Of a DNA stretch of 64,000 bases, positions 28,987-38,062 are shown one piece after another. How positions within the stretch are numbered: position 1 is the stretch's first letter; each line of letters starts with the position of its first letter. The position numbers and the translations under genes are program-made. Source of the stretch: Dehalococcoidia bacterium (lineage in GTDB: Bacteria > Chloroflexota > Dehalococcoidia > UBA2979); contig OZ219871.1 in the NCBI GenBank assembly GCA_964291495.2, forward strand, positions 480,001-544,000, given 5' to 3'. The notes under the pieces were generated by a model. The model ran no database searches, was not told where the DNA came from, and saw only the letters and a program-made list of their open reading frames with translations.

Positions 28987-28999
28987 GATCCCGACTCCT

Positions 29000-29374
29000 C
29001 TACCGGGCCTCGTTCCCGAGCAACCCCTCCGCGCGCAACTCCTCGAGGTGGGCGTCGTACAGCGCATCCGCCTCGGGAATCGCTCGCCGGTACCACGCGT
29101 TCCACTGACCCGACTTGTCACCACCCAGCAGCAGGATCGCGTGCCGGCGCGGGTCGAACGCGAACAGCACGCGAAGCGCACCGCCCCGTGACGCCCTCAG
29201 CTCCTTCATGTTGGCGTGCCGTGAGTTCGTGATCGTGTCGACCACCGGCCGCCCGAGCCCCGGACCAATCTCCGCGAGCAGCATCACCCGATCGTCGAGC
29301 GCCTCCTGCTGTTCGATGCTGAGGTCTTCCCACCAGCCCCCGAACTGGTCCGTGTACTCCACTTCCCACGCCAT
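29000..29374 (-). CDS. higB: RelE/ParE-superfamily toxin (HigB/Gp49-like)
   Basis: WEVEYTDQFGGWW, GPGLGRPVVDT, MKELR, LRVLFAFDPRRHAILLLGGDK. Confidence 0.9.
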   Translation of the reverse strand: MAWEVEYTDQFGGWWEDLSIEQQEALDDRVMLLAEIGPGLGRPVVDTITNSRHANMKELRASRGGALRVLFAFDPRRHAILLLGGDKSGQWNAWYRRAIPEADALYDAHLEELRAEGLLGNEAR

Positions 29375-29375
29375 G

Positions 29376-29410
29376 AGTATAAGTCCTATCTACTATAAGT
29401 CAAGACTAAT
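29376..29410 (-). promoter_or_regulatory. AT-rich TA promoter/operator with direct and inverted repeats
   Basis: TATAAGTC at 29378 and 29394; AGTCAAGACT palindrome at 29398-29407; TTGACT, TATAGT and TATACT on the minus strand. Confidence 0.6.
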
Positions 29411-29427
29411 GTTGGAGGGCGTCTCGG

Positions 29428-30453
29428 CTACGCGTCGACCCGCACGAACTTCTGCAGCGCACGCGAGCCGCGGTCGATGCCGCGGTAGGTCTCCGCGAGG
29501 TCGCCGACGTAGATGCTGCCCTGCGAGTCGACGGCGAGGCCGTGCGGACCGATCACCTGCCCCGCCGTCTGCTGCTCCGCCGGGCAGGGCGGGATCGGCG
29601 GCTGCTCCGGGCAGGTGCAGCCCTCGTCGCCCCAGCCGGCGAGGCGCTCGCCCCCGGGGCTCCAGATGCTGATGCGGTGCAGCAGCTCGGCGACGTAGGC
29701 GTTGCCGTCCGGGCCCCAGGCGATGTCGTCCGGCAGGTTCACGCCGGACCACTCCTCCTCGTACTCGCCGTCGGCGCTGAAGACCTGGATGCGGCGGTTG
29801 GAGCGATCGCAGACGTAGACGCGGCCATCGGGCCCGATGCTGACGGCGTGCGGGTTGGAAAACTGCCCGGGGCCGGAGCCGGGGCTGCCCCAGCCGAAGC
29901 GGTACTCGCCGTCCGGACTGAAGACGTGGATGCGCGCGTTGCCGTAGCCGTCGCTGACGTAGAGGTCGCCGTTGGCGGCCACGGCCACGCGCGTCGGCTC
30001 GTTGAACGGGTCGCCGCCCATGCGCGGCGCGCTCTGGTGTGGCGTGCCGAGGCTGAGCAGCGGTTTCCCGTCGGGCGTGAACTTGCGCACGGTGTGGTCG
30101 CCCGTGTCGGCGAGCCAGACGTTGCCCTCGGCGTCGACGGTGATGCCGTGCGCCGTCGTGGTCACGTCGTCGCCCCACCAGTCGAGGAAGAAGCCGTCGC
30201 GGTCGTAGACCTGCACCGGCCGCCGCGATCGCGAGAAGACGAAGACGCGGTCCTCGGCGTCGACGGCGACTCCGGCGACATCGATCCACGCCCAGCCCCG
30301 AGGCCGGCGCGCCCAGTTGTCGACGACGTAGTAGCTGTGCTCGCCGGAGCCGAGCGCCTCCTCGACGATCCCTCGGGAGCGGGTCGCCGGGGCGCCCCAG
30401 CGCCCGTCGCTGTTCGCCCAGCCGTGGTGCTCGAGCCGCGTCACGTTGACCAT
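29428..30453 (-). CDS. NHL-repeat beta-propeller, peptidyl-alpha-hydroxyglycine lyase (PAL)-like, paralog 1
   Basis: AHGITVD, FNEPTRVAV, YVSDGYGNARIH, GPGQFSNPH, VCDRSNRRIQVF. Confidence 0.85.
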   Translation of the reverse strand: MVNVTRLEHHGWANSDGRWGAPATRSRGIVEEALGSGEHSYYVVDNWARRPRGWAWIDVAGVAVDAEDRVFVFSRSRRPVQVYDRDGFFLDWWGDDVTTTAHGITVDAEGNVWLADTGDHTVRKFTPDGKPLLSLGTPHQSAPRMGGDPFNEPTRVAVAANGDLYVSDGYGNARIHVFSPDGEYRFGWGSPGSGPGQFSNPHAVSIGPDGRVYVCDRSNRRIQVFSADGEYEEEWSGVNLPDDIAWGPDGNAYVAELLHRISIWSPGGERLAGWGDEGCTCPEQPPIPPCPAEQQTAGQVIGPHGLAVDSQGSIYVGDLAETYRGIDRGSRALQKFVRVDA

Positions 30454-30475
30454 CGAGAGCCCCGCCTTCCGGCCG

Positions 30476-31396
30476 CTACCTCCCGGGCCACGGCACGCGG
30501 CGATGATCGAAGTCCGGGCCCAGCTCCGCCGGCACGCGCTCGATCAGCGCGTCCAGCGTCCACGGCCCCTCGCTGTGGATGTGCCCCACCCACTCGCGGT
30601 GGTTGAGGAGGTAGACCCCCCGCCCGACCGCGCCGAAGACCTGCCCGTTGATCGAGGCGGCCTCGTCGGTCAGCAGGTAGGCGACGATCGGCGCCACGTT
30701 GGCCGGGTCCATCGCGCCGCCGATCGCCTGCTCGCTCGGCAGCGGGTCGTCCTCGCCGACCTGCCCGGTCTGCTGCGCGACGATATCGTGCATGCGCGTC
30801 GCGCCGACGGGGACGATGCAGTTCGAGGTGATCCCGAGCGGCTTCAGCTCCTCGGCGAGGCTCAGCGCGAAGCCGATCACGCCCGCCTTCGCGGACGCGT
30901 AGGCGACGCGCACACCCGAGCCCGCCAGTGCGGTGCTCGAGGAGAAGGAGATGATGGTGCCGCTGCCCTGCTCGCGCATGACCTCGGCGGCTGCCCGTGC
31001 GCAGGAGAAGTGCCCGCGCAGATGCACGGCCATCGCCCGATCCCAGGCGTCCGGGCTGACCTCGAGCAGGCCGCCCTCGAGGAGGATGCCGGCGCAGCAG
31101 ATCATCGCGTCGAGGCGCCCGAAGTGCTCGATGGCCGTCGCGACGATCTGCTCGCCGCCCTCTATCGTCGAGACGTCGGAGCGGCTCGCGGCGGCCTCGC
31201 CGCCGGCGGCGATGATCTCGTTCGCGACGACCTGGGCGACGTCCGCCTCGGGCCCACCGGCGCCGTCGACGGGACCGCCGTAGTCGGCGACGACGACCTT
31301 CGCGCCCTCGGCGGCGAGGCGCAGCGCGATGCCGCGGCCGATGCCGCGCCCGGCGCCGGTGACGGCGGCGACCTTGCCCTCGAGTGGTTGTGTCAT
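30476..31396 (-). CDS. SDR family oxidoreductase
   Basis: VTGAGRGIG, VHLRGHF, YASAKAG; TAGTAT 7 nt before the ATG (leaderless-type). Confidence 0.9.
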   Translation of the reverse strand: MTQPLEGKVAAVTGAGRGIGRGIALRLAAEGAKVVVADYGGPVDGAGGPEADVAQVVANEIIAAGGEAAASRSDVSTIEGGEQIVATAIEHFGRLDAMICCAGILLEGGLLEVSPDAWDRAMAVHLRGHFSCARAAAEVMREQGSGTIISFSSSTALAGSGVRVAYASAKAGVIGFALSLAEELKPLGITSNCIVPVGATRMHDIVAQQTGQVGEDDPLPSEQAIGGAMDPANVAPIVAYLLTDEAASINGQVFGAVGRGVYLLNHREWVGHIHSEGPWTLDALIERVPAELGPDFDHRRVPWPGR

Positions 31397-31431
31397 GGAC
31401 GCCATACTAGAGAAGTGCGCGGTGCCGCGTA

Positions 31432-31481
31432 CGTTCACCCCTAGGTTGACGCGTTCACCCTTGGGTAGTACGTTTCGTCGT
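31432..31481 (+). promoter_or_regulatory. higBA promoter (TTGACG-17-TACGTT, leaderless) with CGTTCACCC direct repeats
   Basis: TTGACG 31446-51, TACGTT 31469-74, GTG start 7 nt later; CGTTCACCC at 31432 and 31452. Confidence 0.6.
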
Positions 31482-31775
31482 GTGGAGATTCGCTTTCGTA
31501 ACCGGCGGTTGCAGCGGGCCTTCGAGCAGCGCAATCGCGCGATTCGAGAATGGGGGCCTGTCGTAGGGGAGCGGTACACTGAGCGAGTGCGGACGCTGCG
31601 GCGCACCGAGCGTGTCGAGCATCTCTACGACATCCGCCCACTTGACTTCCACCCGCTGAGCGGCGATCGGAGAGGGCAGCACTCGATCCGGCTGACGGGA
31701 CGGACGAGGCTGATTGTGACTGTCGAAGACGAGAGAACGGTCACTGTCGAGGAAGTGGTGGACTACCATGAGTGA
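31482..31775 (+). CDS. higB: HigB toxin (plasmid-maintenance killer family)
   Basis: EIRFRNRRLQRAF, FHPLSGDRRGQHSIRL, RLIV. Confidence 0.88.
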   Translation: MEIRFRNRRLQRAFEQRNRAIREWGPVVGERYTERVRTLRRTERVEHLYDIRPLDFHPLSGDRRGQHSIRLTGRTRLIVTVEDERTVTVEEVVDYHE

Positions 31776-32064
31776 GCAGACGTACCCCTATGTGGAACCG
31801 GACTATGTCTCCCACCCCGGCACGTTGCTCGCGGAGGAGCTCGAGGTCCGGGGGATGTCGCAGCGCGAGCTCGCGCGACGCATCGGGCGGCCATACCAGG
31901 TAGTCAACGAGATCGTTCGCGGGCGTAAGGCAATCACCGCCGAAACCGCTCTGCAACTCGAGGCCGAGTTCGGGACGCGGGCCTACATCTGGCTCGGTCT
32001 CCAGGCCGACTATGACCTCATGATCGCCAAGCAGAAGATAGAGCCGGCAGCCCGCGCGTCGTAA
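31768..32064 (+). CDS. higA: HigA antitoxin
   Basis: SHPGTLLAEEL, SQRELA, NEIVRGRKAITAETAL, WLGLQADYDL. Confidence 0.92.
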   Translation: MSEQTYPYVEPDYVSHPGTLLAEELEVRGMSQRELARRIGRPYQVVNEIVRGRKAITAETALQLEAEFGTRAYIWLGLQADYDLMIAKQKIEPAARAS

Positions 32065-32089
32065 CCGCCGGCAAGAGACGAGGACGCCG

Positions 32090-33007
32090 ATGAGCCTGAA
32101 GCTGGGCATCCACACCGGGCCGCAGGATCTCTCGATGGAGGAGCTGCTGCGGGTCTGGCGGCGCGCGGACGAGGCCGGGTTCCACTGGGCCTCGGTCTGG
32201 GATCACTTCTACGCCAATCCCCTGAACCTGCGCGAGGACCCCTGCTTCGAGGGCGTCGCCTCGATGGCGGCGCTGGCCGGGGCGACCAGCAACATGCGCG
32301 TCGGCTGCCTCGTCTTCTGCGCGCTGTTCCGCAACCCCAGCCTGCTCGCCAAGGCGGCCGTCACGATCGACCACCTCTCCGGCGGGCGGGCAGAGATCGG
32401 CATCGGCGCCGGCTGGTTCGAGGAAGAGTTCCGCGAGTTCGGCTACGACTTCCCGCCGCTCGGCCAGCGCTTCGAGCAGCTCGAGGAGACGTTGCAGATC
32501 GTGCGCTCGCTGTGGCGCGATCCCGTGACGAACTTCGAGGGCAAGTACTACCGGCTCCCGGGCGCGGTCGGCAGCCCCAAGCCGCTCAACCCGAACATGC
32601 GCCTCTGGGTCGGCGGCAACGGCCCGCGGCGTACGCCGCGCCTCGCGGCCCAGTACGCCGACGGCTACAACGTCCCCTACCAGCCGCCCGAGGTCATCCG
32701 CGAGCGCCTCGACGCGCTCGGGCAGGCGTGCGAACGCCTGGGCCGCGACCCCGCCGAGATCGAGACGAGCGTCAACCTCCGCTTCCACATGCGCGCCCAC
32801 GCCGGCGACAGCGACGCCGATCCGCCCGACAACTACGTTCCCGGCTCGATCACCGGCACGGCGCAGCAGGCCGTCGACCGCATCGGCGAGTACGTCGAGA
32901 CGGGCGTCGGTGGCGTCAACATCGCCTTTCGGCCGCCGATCAACTGGGACGCCTACGAGGCCTTCATCGAGGACGTCCTGCCGGTCTTCCACACGGCGAG
33001 CGCCTGA
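32090..33007 (+). CDS. LLM-class F420-dependent oxidoreductase
   Basis: VWDHFY, FRNPSLLAKAAVTIDHLSGGR, GIGAGWFEEE. Confidence 0.9.
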   Translation: MSLKLGIHTGPQDLSMEELLRVWRRADEAGFHWASVWDHFYANPLNLREDPCFEGVASMAALAGATSNMRVGCLVFCALFRNPSLLAKAAVTIDHLSGGRAEIGIGAGWFEEEFREFGYDFPPLGQRFEQLEETLQIVRSLWRDPVTNFEGKYYRLPGAVGSPKPLNPNMRLWVGGNGPRRTPRLAAQYADGYNVPYQPPEVIRERLDALGQACERLGRDPAEIETSVNLRFHMRAHAGDSDADPPDNYVPGSITGTAQQAVDRIGEYVETGVGGVNIAFRPPINWDAYEAFIEDVLPVFHTASA

Positions 33008-33019
33008 GAGGCTGGACTG

Positions 33020-34102
33020 ATGCTTGAACGGTTCCACGTCCCCTCGGAGATCGAGGTCCGCGTCGATCCCGGGGTGATGCGCGCGACCGTCGAGGACCTG
33101 TTCGTCGCCCTCGGCATGCCGCGCCATCACGCCGAGCAGTCGGCGGACGTGCTGCTCTACGCGGACGTCCGCGGGATCGACTCGCACGGCGTCTCGAACA
33201 TGCTGCGCCGCTACGTCGAGTCGATTCGCGACGGCAACACGAACCTTGAGCCGCGCTGGCGCATCACGCACGACAGCCCGGCCGCCTGCACGATCGACTC
33301 GGACGGCGCGCACGGCGGTGTGATCGGGCCCGAGGCGATGCGCATCGCGATCGGGCGGGCGCGCGAGTACGGCATAGGCTCGGTCGCCGTCTACAACGGC
33401 GGCCACTACGGCGCCTCGGCCTACACCGCCGCGATGGCCCTCGAGGAGGACATGATCGGCGTCTCGATGACCGCAGGCGGCGTCAATGTCACGCCCACCT
33501 TCGGCGCCGAGCCGCTGGTCGGCCTCAATCCGATCGCGATCGCCGTACCCACCCGCGAGGAGCCTCCGTTCATCTTCGACGCCTCGATGAGCTCGGTGGC
33601 GGGCAACAAGATCCGGCTCGTGCAGCGCCTCGGCGCCAACACGTTGCCCGGCTGGATTGCCGACGAGGACGGCGCGCCCATCATGGAGGAGCAGCCGATC
33701 CCGGAGGCGCACATGATGCTGCCCCTCGGCGGCACGCGGGAGATCGGCTCGCACAAGGGCTACGGCCTCGCCGTGATGATCGAGGTGCTGACGAGCCTGC
33801 TCTCGGGCGGAGCGGCGGGGCCGGACCGTCGCGCCAGGCAGGCGCACCACCTGCTCGCCTACCGCATCGACGCGTTCACGGACCTCGAGGGGTTCAAGGA
33901 CGACATGGACGCCTACCTGCGCCGCCTGCGCGAGGCCAGGACCGCGCCCGGCGAGGAGCGCGTCTACTACGCCGGCCTGCCCGAGCACGAGGAGGAGGCG
34001 TTCCGCCGCGAGCGCGGCATCCCCTACCACCCCGAGGTCATCGAGTGGTTCCGCGACATCCTCGCCGAGCTGGGCATCGAGGACCGCCTGCCGGCGTCGT
34101 AG
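33020..34102 (+). CDS. Ldh_2 family (malate/L-lactate/sulfolactate dehydrogenase-like) oxidoreductase
   Basis: ADVRGIDSHG, GHYGA, GLNPIAIAVP, HKGYGL. Confidence 0.9.
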   Translation: MLERFHVPSEIEVRVDPGVMRATVEDLFVALGMPRHHAEQSADVLLYADVRGIDSHGVSNMLRRYVESIRDGNTNLEPRWRITHDSPAACTIDSDGAHGGVIGPEAMRIAIGRAREYGIGSVAVYNGGHYGASAYTAAMALEEDMIGVSMTAGGVNVTPTFGAEPLVGLNPIAIAVPTREEPPFIFDASMSSVAGNKIRLVQRLGANTLPGWIADEDGAPIMEEQPIPEAHMMLPLGGTREIGSHKGYGLAVMIEVLTSLLSGGAAGPDRRARQAHHLLAYRIDAFTDLEGFKDDMDAYLRRLREARTAPGEERVYYAGLPEHEEEAFRRERGIPYHPEVIEWFRDILAELGIEDRLPAS

Positions 34103-34113
34103 CTTCCTGCCCG

Positions 34114-34917
34114 TCAGCGGCCGGTGTACTGCGGGGGGCGGTTCTCCTCGTAGGCGCGGATCGCCTCTTTGTGGTCCTCCATCTGCAGGGAGAGCCACTC
34201 CAGCGACGAGGCAGGCAGCTGGCCGAGCAGCACCTCCTCCTCCAGCCGGCGGTTGAGCGACATCTTCGTCCAGCGCACGGCCAATCGCGGGTTCGCCGCG
34301 ATCCGCCTCGCGAGGTCGAGCACGCGTCCCATCAGCTCCTCGCCCGGCACGACCTCGCTGAACAGGCCGATGCGCTCGGCCTCGGCGGCGTCGATCAGGT
34401 CGCCGGTGAGCAGCAGCTGCTTCGCCTTCTGCAGGCCCAGCAGGTGCGAGAAGATCACGGTGCCGCCGTCGCCGGGCACCATCCCCAGCTTGATGTGCGA
34501 GTCGCCGATGCGCGCCGTGTCGCTGGCGATCACGATGTCGCAGAACAGCGCGAGGGTCGCGCCGGCGCCGACCGCGACGCCGTTGACCGCGGCGATGATC
34601 GGCGGTTCGAGGGCGAGCAGGCCGCGGATGATGTCGTGGCGTCCCGGCTTCGGGATCGCCCAGGCATGGTCCTCGTCGCCGGTGTTGCGGTCGGACATTG
34701 CCTTGATGTCGCCGCCGGCGCAGAAGGCCCGTCCGGCGCCCGTGAGCACGACGACGTGCACGGCCGGGTCGCGGTTGATGTCGTGGAAGATGCGCTCGAG
34801 CTCGTCGAGCATCGGCGGGTGCGTCGCGTTCAGCCGCTCAGGGCGGTTGAGGGTGATCGTGAGGATGCCCTCGTCGTCGAGCGCGATCTTGAGGAACTCG
34901 TAGCCCTCGTAGTCCAT
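34114..34917 (-). CDS. Enoyl-CoA hydratase/isomerase family protein
   Basis: LNRPERLNA, AFCAGGD, VNGVAVGAG, PGDGG. Confidence 0.92.
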   Translation of the reverse strand: MDYEGYEFLKIALDDEGILTITLNRPERLNATHPPMLDELERIFHDINRDPAVHVVVLTGAGRAFCAGGDIKAMSDRNTGDEDHAWAIPKPGRHDIIRGLLALEPPIIAAVNGVAVGAGATLALFCDIVIASDTARIGDSHIKLGMVPGDGGTVIFSHLLGLQKAKQLLLTGDLIDAAEAERIGLFSEVVPGEELMGRVLDLARRIAANPRLAVRWTKMSLNRRLEEEVLLGQLPASSLEWLSLQMEDHKEAIRAYEENRPPQYTGR

Positions 34918-34945
34918 GGTCGCGGCCTCCCGTCTGCCGGGACGC

Positions 34946-35974
34946 TCAGTCCACCCGCACGAACTTCTGGACCGCGCGGGAGCCGCGGTCGATGCCGCGG
35001 TAGGTGTCGGGGAGGTCGCCGACGTAGATGCTGCCCTCGGAGTCGAGCGTGATGCCGTGCGGGCCGATCACCATCCCGGCGTCGAGGCTCTCCGCCGGGC
35101 ACTGCACGAGCGGCAGCGCGTTCTCCGGGCACTCGCAGCCCTCGTCGCCCCAGCCCGCGACGCGCTGGCCGTCCGGGCTCCAGATCGTGATCCGGTGCAG
35201 CAGCTCCGCGATGTAGACCGTACCGTCCGCGCCGACCACCAGGTCGTCCGGCAGGTGCACGCCGGGCCACTCCTCGAGGTACTCGCCGTCGAGGTTGAAG
35301 AGCTGGATGCGGCTGTTCATGCGGTCGCAGACGTACACGCGCTGATTGTGGTCGATGAAGATCGCGTGCGGCGTGCTGAACTGGCCGGGCCCGTCTCCGG
35401 GGCTGCCGAAGGTGAACTTGTGGTCGCCGCCGGCGTCGAAGACGTGGATGTGGCTGTTGCCGTAGCCGTCGCTGACGTAGAGGTCGCCGTTTGCGGCGAC
35501 GGCCACGCGCGTCGGCCGGTTGAACGGCACTCCGCCCTGGTCCGGCATGTTGATATGGCGCCGGCCGATGGCGAGCAGCAGCTTGCCGTCCGCCGTGCAC
35601 TTCTTGACGAGGTGGTCGCCGGTGTCCGCCAGCCAGACGTCGCCGGCCTGGTCGATCGTGATGCCGTGCGGGGTGGTGTGCTCGTCGTCGCCCCACCAGT
35701 CGAGGAAGTCGCCGTCCTTGTCGTAGATCTGGATCGGGCGGCTCGAGCGGTTGTAGACGAAGAGGTTGTCGGCGGCGTCGACGGCCACGCCGGCGACGTC
35801 GCCGAGCGACCAGCCGCGAGGGCGCCGCGCCCAGTTGTCGATCACGCGGTAGCGGTGCGCGCCCTCGCCGAACACCGTGTCCGGCGTGTGGACCCAGCGC
35901 GTGAACGGCTCGGTGAGCTGGCCGGGTACGGCGGCCGAGCGCTCCCACGACGCCTTCTGCACGTCAAGACTCAC
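34946..35974 (-). CDS. NHL-repeat PAL-like beta-propeller, paralog 2
   Basis: Same motifs as 29428-30453; GTG start after GGGGAGG. Confidence 0.85.
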   Translation of the reverse strand: MSLDVQKASWERSAAVPGQLTEPFTRWVHTPDTVFGEGAHRYRVIDNWARRPRGWSLGDVAGVAVDAADNLFVYNRSSRPIQIYDKDGDFLDWWGDDEHTTPHGITIDQAGDVWLADTGDHLVKKCTADGKLLLAIGRRHINMPDQGGVPFNRPTRVAVAANGDLYVSDGYGNSHIHVFDAGGDHKFTFGSPGDGPGQFSTPHAIFIDHNQRVYVCDRMNSRIQLFNLDGEYLEEWPGVHLPDDLVVGADGTVYIAELLHRITIWSPDGQRVAGWGDEGCECPENALPLVQCPAESLDAGMVIGPHGITLDSEGSIYVGDLPDTYRGIDRGSRAVQKFVRVD

Positions 35975-36072
35975 GGCCCGCAATCCTCCCCCTGATCAGC
36001 GCGGCGCACGCCGGCAAGTCCCGGACGTGCGCCGCGTGATGACCGTCCGCGCTGTCCGCGCGGCGGCTAGTC

Positions 36073-37884
36073 CTACGAGTCCTCGACCCAGATCTCCTCG
36101 AAGAGATGGGCCTTGACGTTGCCGCCACCGGCGAGACCGAAGCGGAACCCCTTGACCCTGTTCTTCCAGAACATGAAGCCCTGACCGCGCAGGCCGGGTG
36201 CGATGTACATGTTCTGCAGGATGTGGATCTCGATGGCGTGGTACACCTCGCGCCGCGCCTCGAGGTCGAGGATGCCGCGCTGCTGGTCGATCATCTCGGT
36301 CAGCACCGGGTCGTCGATGCCGTAGGGGTTCTGCGACCCGCCGGGGTGGAAGGTCTGCAGGAACGAGTGGTCCACCGTGTCGCCGCCGCCACGCGTCGTC
36401 GACTGGAAGACGAAGTCCTCGTTCGCGTCGGCGTGCTCGGTGGAGATGATGCCGCCCCTGGGCAGGATCTTGAGCTCGGTCTTGATGCCGATCCCGGCGA
36501 GCTCCGCTTGCAGCACTTCGTTCTGCGTCACGTAGAACTCGCCCGTGTGCTGGGGCACCTCGAGCTCGCCGCCGACCGCAGCCTGCACCAGCTGGGCGGC
36601 CGCCGCGATGTCCTCCTCCTTCTCCGGGCGGAAGCCCGGCTGCTGGAGGATCAGCTCGTCCGGGAGGGTGAAGTACGGGTCGCGGCCGCCGGGAGTCGAC
36701 AGCGAGGCGAAACCTTCGTACTGGAACTGGGCGAGCGCCTGGCGGTTGAACACCAGGTGCACGGCCTGGCGCAGCCGGATGTCGTTGAACGGCTCCTTCT
36801 GGACGGCGAAGACCACGCCGCTGTAGCCGCGGAAGTCGCCGCTGGAGTTCCAGACCGTGAGGTCGTCCTCCTCCTTCAACTGGATGCCGAAGCTGTTCGG
36901 CCAGACGCGCGCCGGCCCATCGATCTCACCCGCCTTGAAGAGGCCGAACTGTACCGAGTCGTCCGGGATGATCCGGTACTCGACAGCGTCGAGGTAAGGC
37001 CGGCCGGCGCGCCAGTAGTCCGGGTTCCGGACGTAACGTCCGCCGACGCCCTCCTCGTGCGACTCGGAGAGGAACGGCCCGGTGCCGATCAAGGCCCGCG
37101 GGTCGTTCAGGTCGTCCCCGGCGAACCCGATGACCTCGGGCGCGACCATCGCGTTGTAGAGCGAGGCCAGCGCGTCGAGGAAGTTCGCATCCGGCTGTGT
37201 GAGGTTGAACTGGATTGTGTTGTCGTCGACGGCGTCGACGCTCTCGAGCGACGAGAATATGAAGGCACGAGGCGACCAGTCCCTGAAGGCGATGCGCTCC
37301 ACGTTGAGCTTGGCGTCCTGGGCCGTGAACGGACGTCCGTTGACCGGCGGGAGGTTCTGCCACTTCGCGGCCGGGTCCAGCCTCGCAACGAGCGTGGTGT
37401 CGCCCGTCCACTCCCAGTCGACGACGAGATCGCCGGAGGCGAGCAGCGTCTCCGGATCGGGCACGAACAGGCTGTTGCCGACCAGGCCCCAGTGGTCCTG
37501 CGTCTGGATCGGCGATGTCGCGCGATGCGGGTCCCACGAGGTGCGGGAGCGGAAGAAGACCGTGACGATCTCGCCTCCCCGCTTCGCCGCGTCGGGGTCC
37601 GGCGTCGGCGTGGGCGTGGGAGTTGGCGTTGGCGGCGGCGTCGCGCGCGTGGGTGGGGGCCTCGGTGTGGCCGTCGGTGTGGCGGCCGCCTCCGTGGGTG
37701 TCGCCTCAGCCGTCGCAGCGGCGGCCGTTGGCGCAGGCGTGGCCGGCGCGGGCGCCGGCTCGTCGTCATCGTCGTCGCAACCGATGAGCGCGGCCGTTGC
37801 GAGCCCGGCGGCGCCGATCGCGCCGCCTCGCAGCAGCGCGCGGCGGCTGAGTATTCCTCGCATCTCAAACAGGCTGTCTGGCAT
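36073..37884 (-). CDS. ABC transporter substrate-binding lipoprotein (family 5, Tat signal)
   Basis: SRRALLRGG...ALIGC, poly-D and PT linker, IGTGPF, RNPDYW. Confidence 0.9.
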   Translation of the reverse strand: MPDSLFEMRGILSRRALLRGGAIGAAGLATAALIGCDDDDDEPAPAPATPAPTAAAATAEATPTEAAATPTATPRPPPTRATPPPTPTPTPTPTPDPDAAKRGGEIVTVFFRSRTSWDPHRATSPIQTQDHWGLVGNSLFVPDPETLLASGDLVVDWEWTGDTTLVARLDPAAKWQNLPPVNGRPFTAQDAKLNVERIAFRDWSPRAFIFSSLESVDAVDDNTIQFNLTQPDANFLDALASLYNAMVAPEVIGFAGDDLNDPRALIGTGPFLSESHEEGVGGRYVRNPDYWRAGRPYLDAVEYRIIPDDSVQFGLFKAGEIDGPARVWPNSFGIQLKEEDDLTVWNSSGDFRGYSGVVFAVQKEPFNDIRLRQAVHLVFNRQALAQFQYEGFASLSTPGGRDPYFTLPDELILQQPGFRPEKEEDIAAAAQLVQAAVGGELEVPQHTGEFYVTQNEVLQAELAGIGIKTELKILPRGGIISTEHADANEDFVFQSTTRGGGDTVDHSFLQTFHPGGSQNPYGIDDPVLTEMIDQQRGILDLEARREVYHAIEIHILQNMYIAPGLRGQGFMFWKNRVKGFRFGLAGGGNVKAHLFEEIWVEDS

Positions 37885-38013
37885 AGAGCCCCCCTCTGAG
37901 CCAACTGGTCTGGCGACAGTCCTGCCGTAGCAGCCCCGGATGGCGTGGCTACGACACGGACGTGATGGGCAGAATCCTAGCAGGTTCGCCAAGCGTCCGT
38001 TGGCAGCACCACC

Positions 38014-38047
38014 TCACCCGCCGCGCAACCGCGGATCGAGGACGTCG
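38014..38047 (-). pseudogene. Remnant of a dppC-type permease 3' end (DVLDPRLRGG-stop); direct repeat of 40329-40355
   Basis: CCGCGCAACCGCGGATCGAGGACGTCG (38021-47) vs CCGCGCAGCCGCGGATCGAGGACGTCG (40329-55), 26/27 identical, followed by in-frame TGA. Confidence 0.7.
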
Positions 38048-38062
38048 TGGTGCGCGCTCCGC

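Noticed and set aside
37590-37780. Short tandem-like repeats here and at 49120-49280 and 57420-57610
   Set aside because: They encode Pro/Thr/Ala linkers and poly-Asp of lipoproteins, not independent DNA repeats
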